The notes under the pieces: generated by a model
The model's database searches: none
Told to the model about the DNA's origin: nothing
What the model saw: the letters and a program-made list of their open reading frames with translations, nothing else
Assembly: GCA_030536255.1 (NCBI GenBank)
Contig: JAUNQI010000008.1
Location: forward strand, 11,453 to 75,452
DNA: 64,000 nucleotides
DNA from: Eubacteriales bacterium
Lineage (GTDB): Bacteria > Bacillota > Clostridia > Oscillospirales > Oscillospiraceae
Direction: 5' to 3'
Shown here: positions 61,570-64,000 of the stretch, one piece after another
Layout of the letters: each line of letters begins with the position of its first letter
Position numbering within the stretch: position 1 is the stretch's first letter
Translations under genes and position numbers: made by a program

Positions 61570-62493
61570 ATGGCCGAAACAAAAAATGTAAAAAAAGTAG
61601 CCAAAAAGGCAGAACCGGCAGAAGAAAAGACCGTAAAGAAAGCTGTCGCTGAAAAAGAAGCTCCTGCAGCGGAAAAAAAGACTGCTGCTAAAAAGTCCGT
61701 TACAAAAGTTGAATCTGCAGTCAAGGAAGAAGCTCCTGTAAAAAATACACCAAAGACAGTCACAAAAGCGGATCCCGAAGGTGCAAAGTCAAAGCGTATC
61801 CTTGCGTGGGTATTCTGGGTACTGGCGATTGCATGTGAAGTGCTTGCTGTTCTCGTGTTTATCGGCAAGATCGATCTTCATTTCTGCTCTCAGATCGCTC
61901 AGCTGATTGGTTTCCTTGTTCTTGACTTTATCCTTGTTGTTGTCGGTGCTCAGTTCTGGAAGAAAGCGAACCATATGGATCCCATTTCAGAGTCCAATAA
62001 AGTCAAATTCTGGCTGTGGAACAATATGGGTGTTATCGTTTGCTGCGTTGCATTCATTCCTTTCCTTATCTATGTTCTTTTCGTAGACAAGAACGCAGAC
62101 CCCAAGCTCAAAAAGGTCGCTTCCATTGCAGCTGCAATAGCTCTTGCTCTTGGCATTGGTCTCAGCGCAGACTGGAATCCGGTTTCTGAAGAGGGACTTG
62201 AGCAGGCTCAGCAGACCCTTGCCGGAACGGATGTATACTGGACGCAGTTTGGTTCGGTTTATCATACGGATATGGAGTGCCAGCATCTTAACCGTTCCTC
62301 GGAGCTTTATCAGGGCGATGTTTCCACTGCAATCAGCGAGGGAAAGACCCGTCTCTGCAAGACCTGCGCAAAGAATTCCAATATCGAGATAGATAACAAC
62401 GGCGCAATCACAGCTGCTCCGGTTGAATTCGTTGAAGAAGTTGAAGATATCGCAGAGGATGTTGCTGAAGAGCTCGATGAGGCTGCAGCATAA
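61570..62493 (+). CDS. Hypothetical membrane protein: Lys/Ala/Glu-rich N-terminus, 4 TM helices, C-terminal His/Cys...CxxC motif, acidic tail
   Basis: It has a strong RBS (AAGGAGG 6 nt before the ATG). Hydrophobic helices span residues ~78-210. The C-terminal motif is VYHTDMECQHL...GKTRLCKTC. Confidence 0.6.
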   Translation: MAETKNVKKVAKKAEPAEEKTVKKAVAEKEAPAAEKKTAAKKSVTKVESAVKEEAPVKNTPKTVTKADPEGAKSKRILAWVFWVLAIACEVLAVLVFIGKIDLHFCSQIAQLIGFLVLDFILVVVGAQFWKKANHMDPISESNKVKFWLWNNMGVIVCCVAFIPFLIYVLFVDKNADPKLKKVASIAAAIALALGIGLSADWNPVSEEGLEQAQQTLAGTDVYWTQFGSVYHTDMECQHLNRSSELYQGDVSTAISEGKTRLCKTCAKNSNIEIDNNGAITAAPVEFVEEVEDIAEDVAEELDEAAA

Positions 62494-62528
62494 TCGGATT
62501 CCTTCTGTTTGATTAAATAGTCATAATT

Positions 62529-62562
62529 TTACGGAGAGGTTCATTTCTGACCCTCTCCGTAA
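62529..62562. terminator. Terminator hairpin between the membrane-protein gene and the aminotransferase gene
   Basis: An 11-bp stem (TTACGGAGAGG / CCTCTCCGTAA) is followed by TTCTTTTTATTT on the plus strand. Confidence 0.8.
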
Positions 62563-62630
62563 TTCTTTTTATTTAGCCTTTCGTATGCGGCTTTCCCCGG
62601 GGATTGTTTTCTTGTTAAATGAGTATCGGT

Positions 62631-63845
62631 TTACTGACGATATCCGTCAAGGAAATCCGCCAGCCGGTTCATTCCGTCAGCAAGCGTTTCGGGATCGGGA
62701 AGATAAACGATCCTGAAATGGTCCGGCTCATGCCAGTTGAATCCGCTTCCGGGGACAATAAATATTTTCTTTTCTCTGAGCAGATCAAGCGCGAAACGGT
62801 TGTCATCACTGATGTTGAATTTCTTTTTATCTAGCTTAGGGAATATATAAAAAGCGGCTTTGGGTTTTACGGCGGAAACTCCGGGAATGCTGTTCAGCAT
62901 AGTATAAACTGTCTCCCGCTGAGCATTTACTCTGCCGTCAGGAGTAAAATACTCCTCAGCCCGGAATTTCCCGCTTAGAGCGGCGGGAATAACGGCTTGC
63001 CCCGGAACATTGGAACATAAACGCATATCTGTTATCATATCGATTCCTGCTATATAATCGGATGCCTCTTTTTTCGCTCCGCTGATGACCATCCAGCCAA
63101 TTCGGAATCCGCAGAGCATATGTGATTTGGAAAGTCCGTTCAGTGTGATACAAAGGAGATCCGGAGCAAGTGATGCAATAGAAATATGCTCATCTTCGTC
63201 CAGAAGCAGCCTGTCATAGATCTCATCGGAAAAAATGATCAGGTTATGTTTTCGGGCAATATTTACGATCCCCTCGAGAATGCTGCGAGGATAAATTGCC
63301 CCGGTGGGATTGTTCGGATTAATGATTACAATTGCTTTCGTCCGGGCAGTAATTTTATCTTCTATGTCCTTTAAATCGGGAAACCAGTCCAACTGCTCAT
63401 CACAGATATAGTGAACAACTTTTCCTCCTGCCATAGTTGCCGCAGCGGTCCAAAGCGGGTAATCCGGGGAGGGAATCAGAATTTCATCTCCGCTGTTTAA
63501 AAGAGCATCAAGCGAGATCTGTATCAGTTCACTTGCTCCGTTACCGGTATAAATATCGTTGAGCTCAATTCCGGAGATCCCTTTTCCGGATGAATAATTA
63601 AGAATTGCCTCTCTTGCTGCCCGAATGCCGTATGCCTCCGAGTAGCCTTGGGAGAAATCAATCCGGGATTTCATGTAATCCAGAACTTCATTCGGTGCAG
63701 AAAAACCAAAACTGGCGGGATTCCCGATGTTAAGCTTCAGTATTTTTTCCCCTTCAGCTTCAAGCTTGTCTGCTTCCTCAGCCAGTTTTCCACGAACCTC
63801 ATACCGTACATTCTGAAGTCTTTGCGCTTTCAAGAGTGTTTTCAT
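62631..63845 (-). CDS. Class I/II PLP-dependent aminotransferase (AlaA/AlaT-like)
   Basis: Length is 404 aa. It carries NPNNPTGA and the PLP-lysine context GLSKSHMLCGFRIGW. Confidence 0.85.
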   Translation of the reverse strand: MKTLLKAQRLQNVRYEVRGKLAEEADKLEAEGEKILKLNIGNPASFGFSAPNEVLDYMKSRIDFSQGYSEAYGIRAAREAILNYSSGKGISGIELNDIYTGNGASELIQISLDALLNSGDEILIPSPDYPLWTAAATMAGGKVVHYICDEQLDWFPDLKDIEDKITARTKAIVIINPNNPTGAIYPRSILEGIVNIARKHNLIIFSDEIYDRLLLDEDEHISIASLAPDLLCITLNGLSKSHMLCGFRIGWMVISGAKKEASDYIAGIDMITDMRLCSNVPGQAVIPAALSGKFRAEEYFTPDGRVNAQRETVYTMLNSIPGVSAVKPKAAFYIFPKLDKKKFNISDDNRFALDLLREKKIFIVPGSGFNWHEPDHFRIVYLPDPETLADGMNRLADFLDGYRQ

Positions 63846-63896
63846 CTTTGCTTCTCCTTACAATACAACAATTTGGTTTTGCCCAGAACGGAAAAA

Positions 63897-64000
63897 CAAA
63901 AATCCCGTCCTGATGCTTTGTGCATAAGGACGGGAGAAAAACACCCGTGGTACCACCTTATTTTATCTGCACCTCGCAGTGCAGACCTCACAGGTCCAAC
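63897..64000 (-). promoter_or_regulatory. T-box leader, 3' part (T-box sequence plus terminator); the 5' part lies outside the window
   Basis: The minus strand reads AAGGTGGTACCACGGGTG (T-box core). It is followed by the terminator TCCCGTCCT...AGGACGGGA and TTTTT, about 45 nt upstream of the aminotransferase start. Confidence 0.8.

Noticed and set aside
1-64000. Search for tRNA, rRNA, CRISPR arrays, cas genes, intact transposases/integrases and toxin-antitoxin pairs
   Set aside because: I recognised none in any intergenic region or ORF translation. Only the two 76-nt relic repeats hint at past mobile-element activity.

Overview
The window looks like a chromosomal segment from a low-GC Gram-positive anaerobe, probably Clostridia of gut or rumen type. 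That guess rests on gene content, strong GGAGG-type ribosome-binding sites, T-box and ECF-type regulation, and a SpoVK-like ATPase. All calls come from reading the ORF translations and intergenic sequence by eye; no database search was run.

Gene content, in order:
- 1-10128: hypD, hypE and a 14-gene Mrp-linked group 4 membrane-bound [NiFe] hydrogenase (Mbh type) with hypA embedded in it.
- 10193-13658 (minus strand): pssA, psd, a UPF0104 membrane protein and proC.
- 14726-23921: pgi, an AI-2E family permease, then a tightly overlapping chain mtaB-serC-serA-alaX-lyxK.
- 22380-30497: the chain runs into a rare-sugar locus with a LyxK-like kinase, a free ketose 3-epimerase, an SgbU/UlaE-like epimerase and a two-permease ABC importer.
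- 30558-31660: a cobalamin-riboswitch-controlled DUF4430 plus S-component pair.
- 31775-43269: two tandem CNNM/CorC genes, an amidohydrolase, an acyl-CoA ligase, a large C11 peptidase, rnz, mgtE and a CYTH protein.
- 43349-45562 (minus strand): a TPP riboswitch, thiT, an MGMT-like protein and a CARF plus PD-(D/E)xK nuclease (Card1/Can2-like).
- 45730-49740: an MBL hydrolase, an EamA transporter, mutY and two GNAT genes.
- 49928-52666: an AT-rich two-gene cassette (MerR/GyrI regulator and an AAA+/DUF4143 ATPase) bracketed by 76-nt direct repeats.
- 52973-64000: an RluA-RlmD fusion, glpQ, rsmE, a SpoVK-like AAA+ gene with yfcE, a membrane-anchored nuclease, a DUF937 protein, a Lys/Ala-rich membrane protein, and a T-box-controlled aminotransferase.

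I found no rRNA, tRNA, CRISPR array, cas gene or intact transposase/integrase.

The strongest candidate for something new is the orphan Card1/Can2-like effector. By spacing it appears co-transcribed with an MGMT/Atl-like protein behind the thiT riboswitch.

Secondary candidates:
- the repeat-bracketed MerR plus DUF4143 cassette;
- the unassigned rare-sugar module;
- the rearranged Mbh hydrogenase;
- the RluA-RlmD fusion.
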